A DNA stretch of 63,381 nucleotides from the NCBI GenBank assembly GCA_046757165.1, contig JBHHXT010000007.1, positions 1-63,381 of the forward strand, written 5' to 3'. Shown here in pieces: positions 28,374 through 37,272 of the stretch. Position numbers and translations under genes: made by a program. Within the stretch, counting starts at the first letter, position 1. Every line of letters begins with the position of its first letter. The DNA comes from a bacterium. Lineage in GTDB: Bacteria > Zhuqueibacterota > Zhuqueibacteria > Oceanimicrobiales > Oceanimicrobiaceae. The notes beneath the pieces were generated by a model that saw only the letters and a program-made list of their open reading frames with translations, was not told the origin of the DNA and did not search any database.

Positions 28374-30728
28374 CTAATAGTGATAGTAACTGTAGCCCGG
28401 ATGGGCCATATCCGCGGTCGTGCCATTCAGGATAGCCCCTAGGACTTTCGCCGGCACGCTGGAAAACAACTCTAACTTCGATTTCGCCAGGTCACGCTCG
28501 GTTTTGCCTGCCCGAATCACAAGCACCACCGCGTCGACCTGGGTACCGACCACGACCGCATCCGTGGCAGCATTTAGAGGCGGGGTATCAAAGACGATCA
28601 GATCGAACTTCCGTCTCACTTCGTCTAGAAAGCGCTGCATCTGGTGGGAGCCGAGTAATTCAGATGGATTGGGGATGAGTGAGCCACAGCTAATCAAAGA
28701 CAAGTTGGGAATCTGCGTTTCATGAATGATCTTGTGCAAAGGGACAACATCCGTTAGATAATTGCTGAAGCCGGGTTCCTTAGGAATACCGAAAGTGTTG
28801 TGCAGAACGCCACGCCTCAAATCGCTGTCGATGAGAAGTGTGTTACTCTTTAATTGCGCAAGGGTTATCGACAGATTTGCAGCAGTAAATGACTTCCCAT
28901 CTCCTGGCTGGTTGCTCGTTAAAACAATCGAACGCACACGGCCGGTGTCTTTGGTGAACATCAAATTGGTCCGCAGCGAACGATATGCTTCACCGATCGG
29001 GGTCGGGGAATAATCATGCGTCACCAATTGCCGGTCGATTTGCCTGATCTTCTCCGAATCCTGAAAGTCATACGTGTCCTGGAAATCAATTTGTGGAATG
29101 GTTCCCAGGACGGGGAGTCGCAGGTATTTTTTCACGTCATCGGCGGTGCGCAGGGTCTTGTTCAAAAACTCGATGACCAGAACGACCCCGATTCCCATAA
29201 ACAGCCCCAAAATACCACCAAAAGCAGCCTTTTGTTTCCTATCTCGACTGGTCGGAAACTCCGGCTGCATCGCAGTCTCGAGAATCTCGATCTCCTCTGT
29301 GGTGGTGGCCGCAGAGATTTGAATTTGTCGGTATCTTTCATAAATACGTGTGTACTGTTTTTCAAGCACTTCCTGCTCGCGCGTCAACTCACTGAGCTCG
29401 AGCTGCTGAGCGGGTAGTTGCCGCACCTGGTACTGCAAACTGGCCAGTTTTTTCTTGACACGAGCTACCTCATTATCCAGATTGGTAATTTCCTGAATCG
29501 CAATGTTTTCAACCTTTATTTGTGCATTCAAAATCTGCTCGAGAATCTGCTTGGCGCGCGGATTTTCAGGCGAGGTGCGATTGGCGATATTTGACCAATC
29601 ACGCTCCAGGTTTTCCAGTTGACTCCTGGCCACCAGCATTGTGCCATTGTTGACAAAGACCGAGTGGTCAGCAATCGAGCTCATGATAATTCGGAGTCTT
29701 CTCTTGTAAGGGTCGTTGCCATTTGAGGCAAACAACACTTGCTCTTTTTCGTCGAGCAAATCATTTAGTGTCTTGATAGTGGCCTGAATATCATCCCGGC
29801 GCCTTTCCAAAGAAGCGATTTCGTTGACCTGATTCTTGTGATCAGATTCAAGGTAAATAGAGTTTCTCTCCTTGAAGCGCCGGATCTTGCTTTCCGACTC
29901 GGCCAGTTTTCTCTCCGCTTCAGTGAGTTGCTCATAGAGAATTTTCTGTTCCCGCCTGGCGGCTTTGTCTCCAACGCCCATGCTTTCATCAATAAAGATC
30001 TCGGCTAGATGATTTGTCATCTCGGTGACAACCACAGGGTCGGTATCAGTGAGGGTAAGGTTCATCAGCGTGTAGGAGCGGTCCTCCCACTTCACGTGAA
30101 TGCGCGACTGGAAGGACTTAACCGCCTTGCGAAAACTCCTGACCTGAAATCGCAGCTCTGACGGAAGCTTGTAATACTCCGGCACCAACTTGAAGGAGAG
30201 ACCATTTATGCGGCAATAATCATCGACGATATCGTCAATAAACCCAGATTGTAGGACGGATTCGCTCTTGCCATCTTCGTGTTGCAACGAGAGCGTGTAT
30301 GTCTGGTCCGGCGCCAGGCGCAAGATATACTTGCCAGGGACAGGGGTTCTATCGGTGAAAAACTCCGCAAAGATTTTGCTTCGATTGATAAACTGGTCAC
30401 CCTGTTTCTCAACTTTCAAAGAGAGCCCCAGTTGAGCCACCACTCTTTCAGCGAACCGTCGGCTGGTGAGCTCGGTTGTCCGCATCTGCGCCAGGTTCAA
30501 GTCGGTGCCACCAAGGTTCTTGAACCTGATCAGCGCCTGAGCCTCATAAACCGGGGGTTGACTCTTCAAGTACATCACCCAGGGCACGGTAACTGCCGCC
30601 GCAATGATCAAAATCAGCCACCAGAGTTTAAGAAGCGCACGATAATATCTTCTCAAGTCCAGCTTATCCGCGCCAAGACTCTCTTCTTCATCCAAAAAAT
30701 AAGACTCCATAATCGCTTTGCGCTCCAA
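28374..30728 (-). CDS. wzc: Polysaccharide co-polymerase / BY tyrosine kinase (Wzc)
   Basis: Two TMs flank a coiled-coil periplasmic domain; EAYRSLRTNL, Walker A PGDGKS, IDSDLR, FDTPP and C-terminal Tyr cluster YSYYHY; alternative start ATG 30710. Confidence 0.92.
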   Translation of the reverse strand: MERKAIMESYFLDEEESLGADKLDLRRYYRALLKLWWLILIIAAAVTVPWVMYLKSQPPVYEAQALIRFKNLGGTDLNLAQMRTTELTSRRFAERVVAQLGLSLKVEKQGDQFINRSKIFAEFFTDRTPVPGKYILRLAPDQTYTLSLQHEDGKSESVLQSGFIDDIVDDYCRINGLSFKLVPEYYKLPSELRFQVRSFRKAVKSFQSRIHVKWEDRSYTLMNLTLTDTDPVVVTEMTNHLAEIFIDESMGVGDKAARREQKILYEQLTEAERKLAESESKIRRFKERNSIYLESDHKNQVNEIASLERRRDDIQATIKTLNDLLDEKEQVLFASNGNDPYKRRLRIIMSSIADHSVFVNNGTMLVARSQLENLERDWSNIANRTSPENPRAKQILEQILNAQIKVENIAIQEITNLDNEVARVKKKLASLQYQVRQLPAQQLELSELTREQEVLEKQYTRIYERYRQIQISAATTTEEIEILETAMQPEFPTSRDRKQKAAFGGILGLFMGIGVVLVIEFLNKTLRTADDVKKYLRLPVLGTIPQIDFQDTYDFQDSEKIRQIDRQLVTHDYSPTPIGEAYRSLRTNLMFTKDTGRVRSIVLTSNQPGDGKSFTAANLSITLAQLKSNTLLIDSDLRRGVLHNTFGIPKEPGFSNYLTDVVPLHKIIHETQIPNLSLISCGSLIPNPSELLGSHQMQRFLDEVRRKFDLIVFDTPPLNAATDAVVVGTQVDAVVLVIRAGKTERDLAKSKLELFSSVPAKVLGAILNGTTADMAHPGYSYYHY

Positions 30729-30731
30729 CTG

Positions 30732-31397
30732 CTAGTCGCTAATGCGACTAATCAAAAAATACACGTTCAGTAGGGTCACACCAAATCGCAAGATCTCAAA
30801 GGCGTCTCTGACACGGAACCGTTTTCGCTCTGGAAGCAGGATTTGGTCACCAGAACGAATATCCAACTCCTGCAGAGTGTATGCACGTTCAAAGCCGCTC
30901 AGGAGGCTCTTCTTGATCAGCCGCCCTGACCTCTCAATATACATTTTCCTCAAGTCGCTGTTGTCGTCCGGACCCTCAGCCAGGTCGACCAGCGCCCACA
31001 AAGAAGCGTCCGGCTGCACCAGATACGTGCCGGGGCGTCTAAAGGCGCCCAGCAAGGTCACTCGGATCAGAGGTTCCACAATGATAATCGGCTCTTGCAT
31101 GTACGCACTGAATTTCTCCTTCAGCTCCTCGGCCACGGTCCTGGGATTGTGGCCAATGACCTTCACATCACCAATGAGGGGAAAAAAGACGTAGCCCCGG
31201 TTATCGATCAAATAGTCCCCGTTGAGATCGATGTTCTGACCCTTGCCATTCCCTATCTGCCAGGGCTGCCAAATGACCAGGCGCAGCGCATCCCCCCTGT
31301 TAAAGCGCTTGTTCATCGTTTGCGGTCCAGCCGCCACCTCGGCTGCAAACAAAAGCAGCAATATGGGGACGAAAAAACGCGGTTGCACTGCCTTCAT
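30732..31397 (-). CDS. Polysaccharide export protein (Wza/OPX-like, Poly_export + SLBB)
   Basis: GDALRL, GYVFFPLIG, VTLLGAFRRPGTY, GDQILLP and a C-terminal hydrophobic helix; ATG 31397 follows AAGGAGG. Confidence 0.82.
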   Translation of the reverse strand: MKAVQPRFFVPILLLLFAAEVAAGPQTMNKRFNRGDALRLVIWQPWQIGNGKGQNIDLNGDYLIDNRGYVFFPLIGDVKVIGHNPRTVAEELKEKFSAYMQEPIIIVEPLIRVTLLGAFRRPGTYLVQPDASLWALVDLAEGPDDNSDLRKMYIERSGRLIKKSLLSGFERAYTLQELDIRSGDQILLPERKRFRVRDAFEILRFGVTLLNVYFLISRISD

Positions 31398-31469
31398 CAA
31401 CCCTCCTTGATTGAGTGTTTTTGACATGATCAACTGTTCCTCTTTTGGGGGTTCTGAAAAACACCGGCT

Positions 31470-32180
31470 TTATCGCGAGCGATAGAACCTGTAGCGCTTT
31501 TCTTTTGAGTCGAGATTTAGTTTTCTTAGCAGACCATAGACTTTGAAAATATTGACTTTGGTTCCCCCATACTTTTGACCTCTTAACGCTCTTCTTACCC
31601 CCCAGGCTCCCCGCGTTGGGTCTTCGATAACGACCTGTTTTACTTTTTCGGTCAGCGGTAACAGTCTCGGGTCAAATTTCTTTCGCTTACGCATGTACCC
31701 TGTGCTCGGGCTGCCCGACCGTTGTGGCGCGGGTCCTTGCGCGCCCTCCGAGCTGGGTCCTGGTCCCTTTTGTACCGCGATATCGTAGCTTCGTTGAACA
31801 CTCTTGGTAATATCTAGGCCGATTGACAAATCAAAATCGTTGATCGCCTCCTCCACCGTTTCGTAGTAAGACAGGATGCGATTGAACTCCAGCATTTCAA
31901 ATACATCATATACTTCTGGAGTCATCTGAACGATCTTCAAATCGCCGCCCCGTTCACGGATGCCCTTGATTTCGCCGACAAACACCCCCCAGCCTGCACT
32001 GCTGACATAATTGACTTGAGCCATGTCGACGATAATATGTAGGTGTCCGCTGTTGAGATTCTCGGTGATTTTATTCAGCAATATTGAGCACGTCATGGTG
32101 TCGACATAGCCCTTGACGGTCAACATCGCGATATCTCTTCGAGCGCCTACCTTTCCCTGGGCAATTTCAATTCCTTCCAT
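31470..32180 (-). CDS. STAS-domain (anti-sigma factor antagonist-like) protein with a C-terminal basic HTH-like domain
   Basis: VKGYVD, IVDMAQVNYVSSAGWG, VYDVFEML, ETVEEAI; about 120 extra C-terminal residues. Confidence 0.85.
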   Translation of the reverse strand: MEGIEIAQGKVGARRDIAMLTVKGYVDTMTCSILLNKITENLNSGHLHIIVDMAQVNYVSSAGWGVFVGEIKGIRERGGDLKIVQMTPEVYDVFEMLEFNRILSYYETVEEAINDFDLSIGLDITKSVQRSYDIAVQKGPGPSSEGAQGPAPQRSGSPSTGYMRKRKKFDPRLLPLTEKVKQVVIEDPTRGAWGVRRALRGQKYGGTKVNIFKVYGLLRKLNLDSKEKRYRFYRSR

Positions 32181-32227
32181 AATCCGGTAGTGTCACCCAC
32201 CCCAAATAAATTCAAGACTTCTTATTT

Positions 32228-32243
32228 AACAAAATCTGTGCCA
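32228..32243 (-). promoter_or_regulatory. Probable sigma-54 promoter (variant -12)
   Basis: Minus strand TGGCACAGATTTTGTT, about 50 bp upstream of the STAS gene; -12 is GT instead of GC. Confidence 0.65.
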
Positions 32244-32345
32244 TCTCCGCGCTCACCCCCATATAGGAATCGTGGTCTATTTCCAATATTTTCAAACGCT
32301 CGTTCCGTCCATCTCTCGAAGCGAATAAGGATTCGCTCCTTATTC

Positions 32346-32380
32346 TGTGTTAGGTCGAAACATTGTACCCGATTGAAACA
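32346..32380. promoter_or_regulatory. Tandem enhancer (bEBP UAS) sites, TGT-N11-ACA
   Basis: tgtgttaggtcgaaaca (32346-32362) and tgtacccgattgaaaca (32364-32380); same 18-bp period and about 100-bp offset as at 24420-24454. Confidence 0.72.
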
Positions 32381-32465
32381 AACCCGGCAACCTCCAAAAA
32401 AAAACGCATGGTAATTAAAATATCTAAATATCCACGCGTTTCCAAAATATTTTAAGAAAGTTTAT

Positions 32466-33917
32466 TTATTTTCTCGTGTTCTTCTGGCTTACCAGTTTAT
32501 GATAAAGTTTCATGTATTTCTGGGCAGGGACATGCCATGAGACGTCGGCGGCCATAGCATTTTGCATGATCTTTGCCCACATCTCTTTGTCAGCATAATA
32601 CTCGATAGCTTTTCTGACCACAGTTATGAGCTCGTCTGCTTTGGCTTGATCAAAAATGAAGCCCGTACCGGAGCGGGTAGATCGGTTGAACTCTTTGACG
32701 AACTCGGCGCGCACGCTACATCTCGGGACGATTGGGATGGTGCCATATGCCAAGCTGCACAACTGGCCGAGACCAGCGCCCTCTTGCAGGACCGGCATGA
32801 GGGTGATGTCACTGCCCGCCTCAACGAGATGGGCCAATTTGGTATCCACGGTCAATTGCAGACCAACCTTTTGTGGATATTTCTTCTTGATTGAGAGCAG
32901 CTTCTCACCGTGCGTATCGACCACAGCCCCCAGGACCACCATTTGCACGTCTAAGCGAGCAATCTCCTCCATCGCTTGCAAGACGAAGTCACTTTCCTGC
33001 TGTAATCCACCGTCTAAGATCATGCTAATGACCGGCGCTGACTCGCTCGGGGTCAGCCCAAACTTGGCCAGGAGTTGCTTTCTATTTTCAACCTTGCCCG
33101 CCAGCTCATGGAGATCATAATTTGATGGGATGAGTTTGTCGGTCGCGGGATTCCAAATCTGCCCATCAATACCGTGGTGAATGCTTAGAAACTCATCCTG
33201 TCTGCGTTGCACGGCGGCGTCAAAAGAATCACTGACGGTGTTTAACAAATCCGCGTATTCAAAGCCGGTATGCAAGAAGTTAAAGGAGTTATCCTGTACA
33301 AGATGCTTGTTAGAATTAAAGAAAGATTGCGGCACACCGGTCAATTCGACAATCGAGGAGTCAAAGATGCCCTGCTGTCTAACACTGTGAACAGACAACA
33401 ACGTTCTTGAATGACTAAAGAAGGGGTCGCTTTTGTAGATGCTCTTGAGCAACAACGGGATCAGGGCGGTTTGCCAATCATTACAATGAATGATATCCGG
33501 TTGCCAGTGCAGCAGCTTTAACGTCTCGAGGCATCCGATTGCAAAGAAAATGAACCGCTTCGCGTTGTCCAGGTAGGGCTCGCCGGCGGCGTCACAGTAC
33601 AGTCCATCGCGGTCGAAGAGCCCCTTATTGTCCAGGAAGTAAATCTGCACTTTTGAATTGGGGATAAAGGCAGATTTGCCGTTTGCCTGCAGCATCTCGT
33701 TTCCCAACTTGATCTTGACCCCTTGCAGCCGGATAACGTCCCGCAAAACATATCTGCGCTCATTGACGGTTTTGTATTTTGGCATCATGACCCGGATGTC
33801 GTGCCCCATATTCTTGAGATATTTGGGCAACGCCCCTGCCGCCTCTGCCAAATCCCCCGTCCTGGCGAAAGGAAAAACCTCAGGGGAAACGTAAAATACT
33901 TTGAGTTTGTTTTTCAT
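32466..33917 (-). CDS. glgA: Glycogen synthase (GT5)-like protein with degenerate ADP-glucose-binding motifs
   Basis: SPEVFPFARTGDLAE, HCNDWQTALIP, GIDGQIWNPATD, AGSDITLMP; KTGG is replaced by RTGD and RLxxQKG is absent. Confidence 0.8.
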   Translation of the reverse strand: MKNKLKVFYVSPEVFPFARTGDLAEAAGALPKYLKNMGHDIRVMMPKYKTVNERRYVLRDVIRLQGVKIKLGNEMLQANGKSAFIPNSKVQIYFLDNKGLFDRDGLYCDAAGEPYLDNAKRFIFFAIGCLETLKLLHWQPDIIHCNDWQTALIPLLLKSIYKSDPFFSHSRTLLSVHSVRQQGIFDSSIVELTGVPQSFFNSNKHLVQDNSFNFLHTGFEYADLLNTVSDSFDAAVQRRQDEFLSIHHGIDGQIWNPATDKLIPSNYDLHELAGKVENRKQLLAKFGLTPSESAPVISMILDGGLQQESDFVLQAMEEIARLDVQMVVLGAVVDTHGEKLLSIKKKYPQKVGLQLTVDTKLAHLVEAGSDITLMPVLQEGAGLGQLCSLAYGTIPIVPRCSVRAEFVKEFNRSTRSGTGFIFDQAKADELITVVRKAIEYYADKEMWAKIMQNAMAADVSWHVPAQKYMKLYHKLVSQKNTRK

Positions 33918-33932
33918 TTTTTAGGTTTAGAG

Positions 33933-34946
33933 TTAAGGTGTCCTACTGTTGACATTTCTCAAATGCTGGGCCGCAAGCTCTGGCGGAGTTGGATTGATAT
34001 AGAATCCAGACCCCCATTCGAACCCCGCGACCTTTGTCAGCTTGGGGATAATCTCGATATGCCAGTGATACTCCGGCAACATAGATTCTTGAACAGGAGA
34101 AGAGTGCAGAATGTAGTTGAAAGGAGGAAACCCCAAGGCATTGTTTATTCGAGTCAACGTATCCTTCAAAGCCGAGGCCAACTCACGAAACATGAATTCC
34201 GGCATCTTCTCATAATGGGAAAAATGCTGTTGAGGCAAGATCCATGTCTCAAATGGAAATCTCGGTGCAAACGGTGCAATGGACAAATAGTGGTCCGAGC
34301 ACGAAACGATCCGGGCTTGCCCCTTTAGCTCCTGCTGCATGATATCGCAATACACGCAGCGCTCTTTTTGAATGTAAAAATGTCGACTCCCCTCGAGTTC
34401 TTCGAGAACTCGTTTTGGAATGATGGGGGTTGCAATTAATTGTGAGTGTGAGTGCTCCAATGAAGCTCCCGCTGCAACCCCGTGATTCTTGAAAATCAGA
34501 ATGTATTTGAATCTCAGATCTTTTCCAAGATCAAGAATTCTGTCGCGATACACCAGCAAGGTATGCAAAATTTGCGCATCGGTCAACTCCGCCAAATCGG
34601 AGGCGTGATTGGGCGTCTCAATGATCACTTCATGAGCGCCAATGCCGTTCATCATATCATAGTTGCCAAATCCCTTGGGATCGAGAGCCCCCTCTATTTG
34701 CAAAACCGGGAATTTGTTCGGAACAACCCTGATTTGCCATCCGGGAATATCCCGTTCATCGCTGATGGGGCGAATCGCCATAATCTCTGGCGGAGTCTTC
34801 TCCTCGTTCCCGGGACAAAATGGGCAGACCCCCCCTCCCTTGACATTGGGCTCGTTCGCCCAGTCGGACGGTCGCCTGCCTCGCTGGGTTGAAATGATGA
34901 CCCATCTTCCCACAATCGGATCCTTCCTCAATTCAGACATAGACAC
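33933..34946 (-). CDS. galT: Galactose-1-phosphate uridylyltransferase family (GalT-like HIT nucleotidyltransferase)
   Basis: CPFCPGNE, VVPNKFP, GAHEVIIETPNH, GASLEHSHSQ, HWHIEIIP, AGFEWGSG. Confidence 0.9.
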   Translation of the reverse strand: MSMSELRKDPIVGRWVIISTQRGRRPSDWANEPNVKGGGVCPFCPGNEEKTPPEIMAIRPISDERDIPGWQIRVVPNKFPVLQIEGALDPKGFGNYDMMNGIGAHEVIIETPNHASDLAELTDAQILHTLLVYRDRILDLGKDLRFKYILIFKNHGVAAGASLEHSHSQLIATPIIPKRVLEELEGSRHFYIQKERCVYCDIMQQELKGQARIVSCSDHYLSIAPFAPRFPFETWILPQQHFSHYEKMPEFMFRELASALKDTLTRINNALGFPPFNYILHSSPVQESMLPEYHWHIEIIPKLTKVAGFEWGSGFYINPTPPELAAQHLRNVNSRTP

Positions 34947-34982
34947 ACACGTTGGCCATTGTTAAGAATCAACAAGATATAT

Positions 34983-35011
34983 AAGGTAGAGTAATTTTGG
35001 AAAAAAGTCAA
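34983..35011 (-). promoter_or_regulatory. Possible sigma-70 promoter of galT-glgA
   Basis: TTGACT-N17-TACCTT on the minus strand. Confidence 0.45.
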
Positions 35012-35055
35012 GTAAAAGAGTGGTTCTTCAGATGGCGGCCGCAAGCTTGCTGCAA

Positions 35056-35083
35056 AATAAAATGGGTGGGAAAGACCCACCCG
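35056..35083 (-). terminator. Probable intrinsic terminator after the CpoB-like gene
   Basis: Minus strand GGGTGGG-tcttt-CCCACCC followed by ATTTTATT. Confidence 0.6.
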
Positions 35084-35111
35084 CTTTGGGTTGCTGGCTT
35101 TTACTTGCCCA

Positions 35112-35927
35112 TTACTGTAGTTCTCTGAGGTACCTTTGAGCCAATGGTTTGTATTCGCTATTGGGGTAATTCGTGACAAGCTGTTCGAATACGAGTCGCG
35201 CCTGCCCCCTATCGCCCATCTTGATATGACAAAGTCCTTGCATGATTTGCGCATCATCGTGCTTATTCGAGTTAGCCAGCCCCAGAACTTTATCAAATTC
35301 GGCAAGAGCTCTGTTGTAGTTGAACAGACCGTAGTAGCATTCTCCGATCCAGTACTGGCAATTATCGGTCAGCGAATTACTCGGGTAATTGGCGATCAGG
35401 TCCTGAAAACCGCTCAGTGCGGCCTGGTAATTTCGAAGCTTGAACTGACTCAACGCCTGGTTGTATCTTGATCTGAACTCGAAGGCAGGCTCCAAAGTGC
35501 TTCCGGGGTAGCCCGTTCGACGTGCGGGGGACTGCTTCAGGCGGCTCACCTCCATTTCTCTTTGTGTAAGCTGGCTTCTAAGTTCCTCAATTCTCTGTTC
35601 TCTCTTAGCGAGCTCGTCCTTCAGACGCTCCAGCTCGCTTTCCATTTCAGTCTCACTACTCGTTGGCTCAGTCGTGCTTATGGGTACGATTTCCGGCGTC
35701 TGTTCTTCGGCCGGTGTGATGCCAAGCAGTCTCAGCACCTCAGCTTCGTCTGAGGTACTCTCCGAGGCGCTGAAGCCATCATCTTCCCCCAGAAGTTCAT
35801 CCATATCGACAGAGTCATCATCGTAGGTCGTGCTCTGTCGTGATGAACCACAGGCCAGGAGGAAACACACGCAAAGCACGAAACTCAACGACAACGCTCC
35901 CTGGTGTTTCATCTTCTTTCCATCCAT
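35112..35927 (-). CDS. TPR lipoprotein, CpoB/YbgF-like
   Basis: Lipobox LLAC, acidic linker, coiled coil and C-terminal TPRs (YPSNSLTDNCQYWIGECYY, YPNSEY). Confidence 0.8.
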   Translation of the reverse strand: MDGKKMKHQGALSLSFVLCVCFLLACGSSRQSTTYDDDSVDMDELLGEDDGFSASESTSDEAEVLRLLGITPAEEQTPEIVPISTTEPTSSETEMESELERLKDELAKREQRIEELRSQLTQREMEVSRLKQSPARRTGYPGSTLEPAFEFRSRYNQALSQFKLRNYQAALSGFQDLIANYPSNSLTDNCQYWIGECYYGLFNYNRALAEFDKVLGLANSNKHDDAQIMQGLCHIKMGDRGQARLVFEQLVTNYPNSEYKPLAQRYLRELQ

Positions 35928-35976
35928 TTTACTTACCTCCCAAAAAAATTGAATCCTTGCATAATCTTGAGATTAA

Positions 35977-37146
35977 TCATTGTTTTTTCAGAACGAGGTA
36001 AGAGGCCGTCCCAATTGCTGCTGCCCCCACTGTGCCGCCAATAATTCTCCACAGTGTTCCGCTCGATGCTACCTTCACCCGGATCGGTTTGTTGGGAAGC
36101 CCAGAGTATCCAACCCCACTGAGCGTCTCATCGACGGCAACGACGCAATACTCAAATCCTTCGGTCGTGACCGCATAACCCGGGATTTCCCCTGTGTAAA
36201 GATTCTGACCCTGATCCTCCAGTTTGACCACGTTCCATTTGCGGGTGTTCAGGGGACGATACAACGTTGCCACCGCCTTCAAAGGTTGGTCAGAAAAAAC
36301 GTGTGCCTTGACCAGCACGCCTCGCCCGGACTCAGCCGTCGCCACAAGATGGTGTATCACGATCGGAGAGGACGAGCCGTTGGCGCTTCCGACAGGCGCA
36401 TCAAAAGAATTCATCGCAAGCGGACTGGGATTCTTCTCCGGGATGCCGTCGTGGTCAAGATAGCCATCCCGATCCTCAGCAATATTTGGCATCAAGTCCA
36501 GCTCGTCCGGTATCCTGTCATGGTCCTCGTCATTGCCTTGCCCTCCAAGATAGAACGTAAATCCGGCGTGGGCATCGAGGACCTGATCATCTTCATTCCC
36601 TTGATTGATCTGGTCAAAATTATCCGTCAGTGACAGGCGGAACGATGCGCCGATATTGATCCCGAGACGCCGCGATACCCGGAATTCCAAACCGCCACCG
36701 GTTTTCAGGAACGAGTCGAAATTATCCTCGATGGTGCCGGTCGGGCTGTTTGCTTCAGCCTTCCAATAAACGCCGCCCCCTCCGACGAAGACGTAGGGAT
36801 TGATCCTACTGAAAGGCATGAAATTGAACATGACGCTCAACTCGAAAGGGACAATAGTCGTCTTGAAGTCAGTAAAAGCAAGATTCGGATGACTGTTGGA
36901 CGCTAGTTGGGAAAACCCCAGTTCTCCGTCAAGAGCGAGATACGGCAGGGGTAAAACTCTCAGATGGCCAGATATCAAAGGACTCAATTTGGGATTTTTC
37001 AAATCCCCTTCCAGTCGGCTTATCCCGGCGTTGAGGCCAATTCCCACCTGCCAATCTCCACCAAAAGCGTCAGGCCTCCCCACTCCACACAATAGAAGAC
37101 ACACGAGCAGGGCAAATCCCTTTTTGCCGTTCATCAGTAACCTCAC
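35977..37146 (-). CDS. Outer-membrane beta-barrel protein with thrombospondin-3-like repeats, an Ig-like domain and a C-terminal hydrophobic tail
   Basis: Signal peptide; amphipathic strands (INPYVFVGGG, GGGLEF, HAGFTFYLG); DEDHDRIPDELD...EDRDGYLDHDGIPE; C-terminus WRIIGGTVGAAAIGTASYLVLKKQ. Confidence 0.7.
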   Translation of the reverse strand: MRLLMNGKKGFALLVCLLLCGVGRPDAFGGDWQVGIGLNAGISRLEGDLKNPKLSPLISGHLRVLPLPYLALDGELGFSQLASNSHPNLAFTDFKTTIVPFELSVMFNFMPFSRINPYVFVGGGGVYWKAEANSPTGTIEDNFDSFLKTGGGLEFRVSRRLGINIGASFRLSLTDNFDQINQGNEDDQVLDAHAGFTFYLGGQGNDEDHDRIPDELDLMPNIAEDRDGYLDHDGIPEKNPSPLAMNSFDAPVGSANGSSSPIVIHHLVATAESGRGVLVKAHVFSDQPLKAVATLYRPLNTRKWNVVKLEDQGQNLYTGEIPGYAVTTEGFEYCVVAVDETLSGVGYSGLPNKPIRVKVASSGTLWRIIGGTVGAAAIGTASYLVLKKQ

Positions 37147-37173
37147 TTAATGCAAGAAGAATTATTAATTTAA

Positions 37174-37202
37174 AATTTATTAAACTCAAGCCTAAAAGTC
37201 AA
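37174..37202 (-). promoter_or_regulatory. Possible sigma-70 promoter
   Basis: TTGACT-N17-TAAATT on the minus strand, upstream of the OM barrel gene. Confidence 0.5.
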
Positions 37203-37272
37203 GGCAAATCTCCACTATATCCTTGATTTGCCTGATGATATGCCCGTGACAAACAGGATGAGCGCGAAGACA

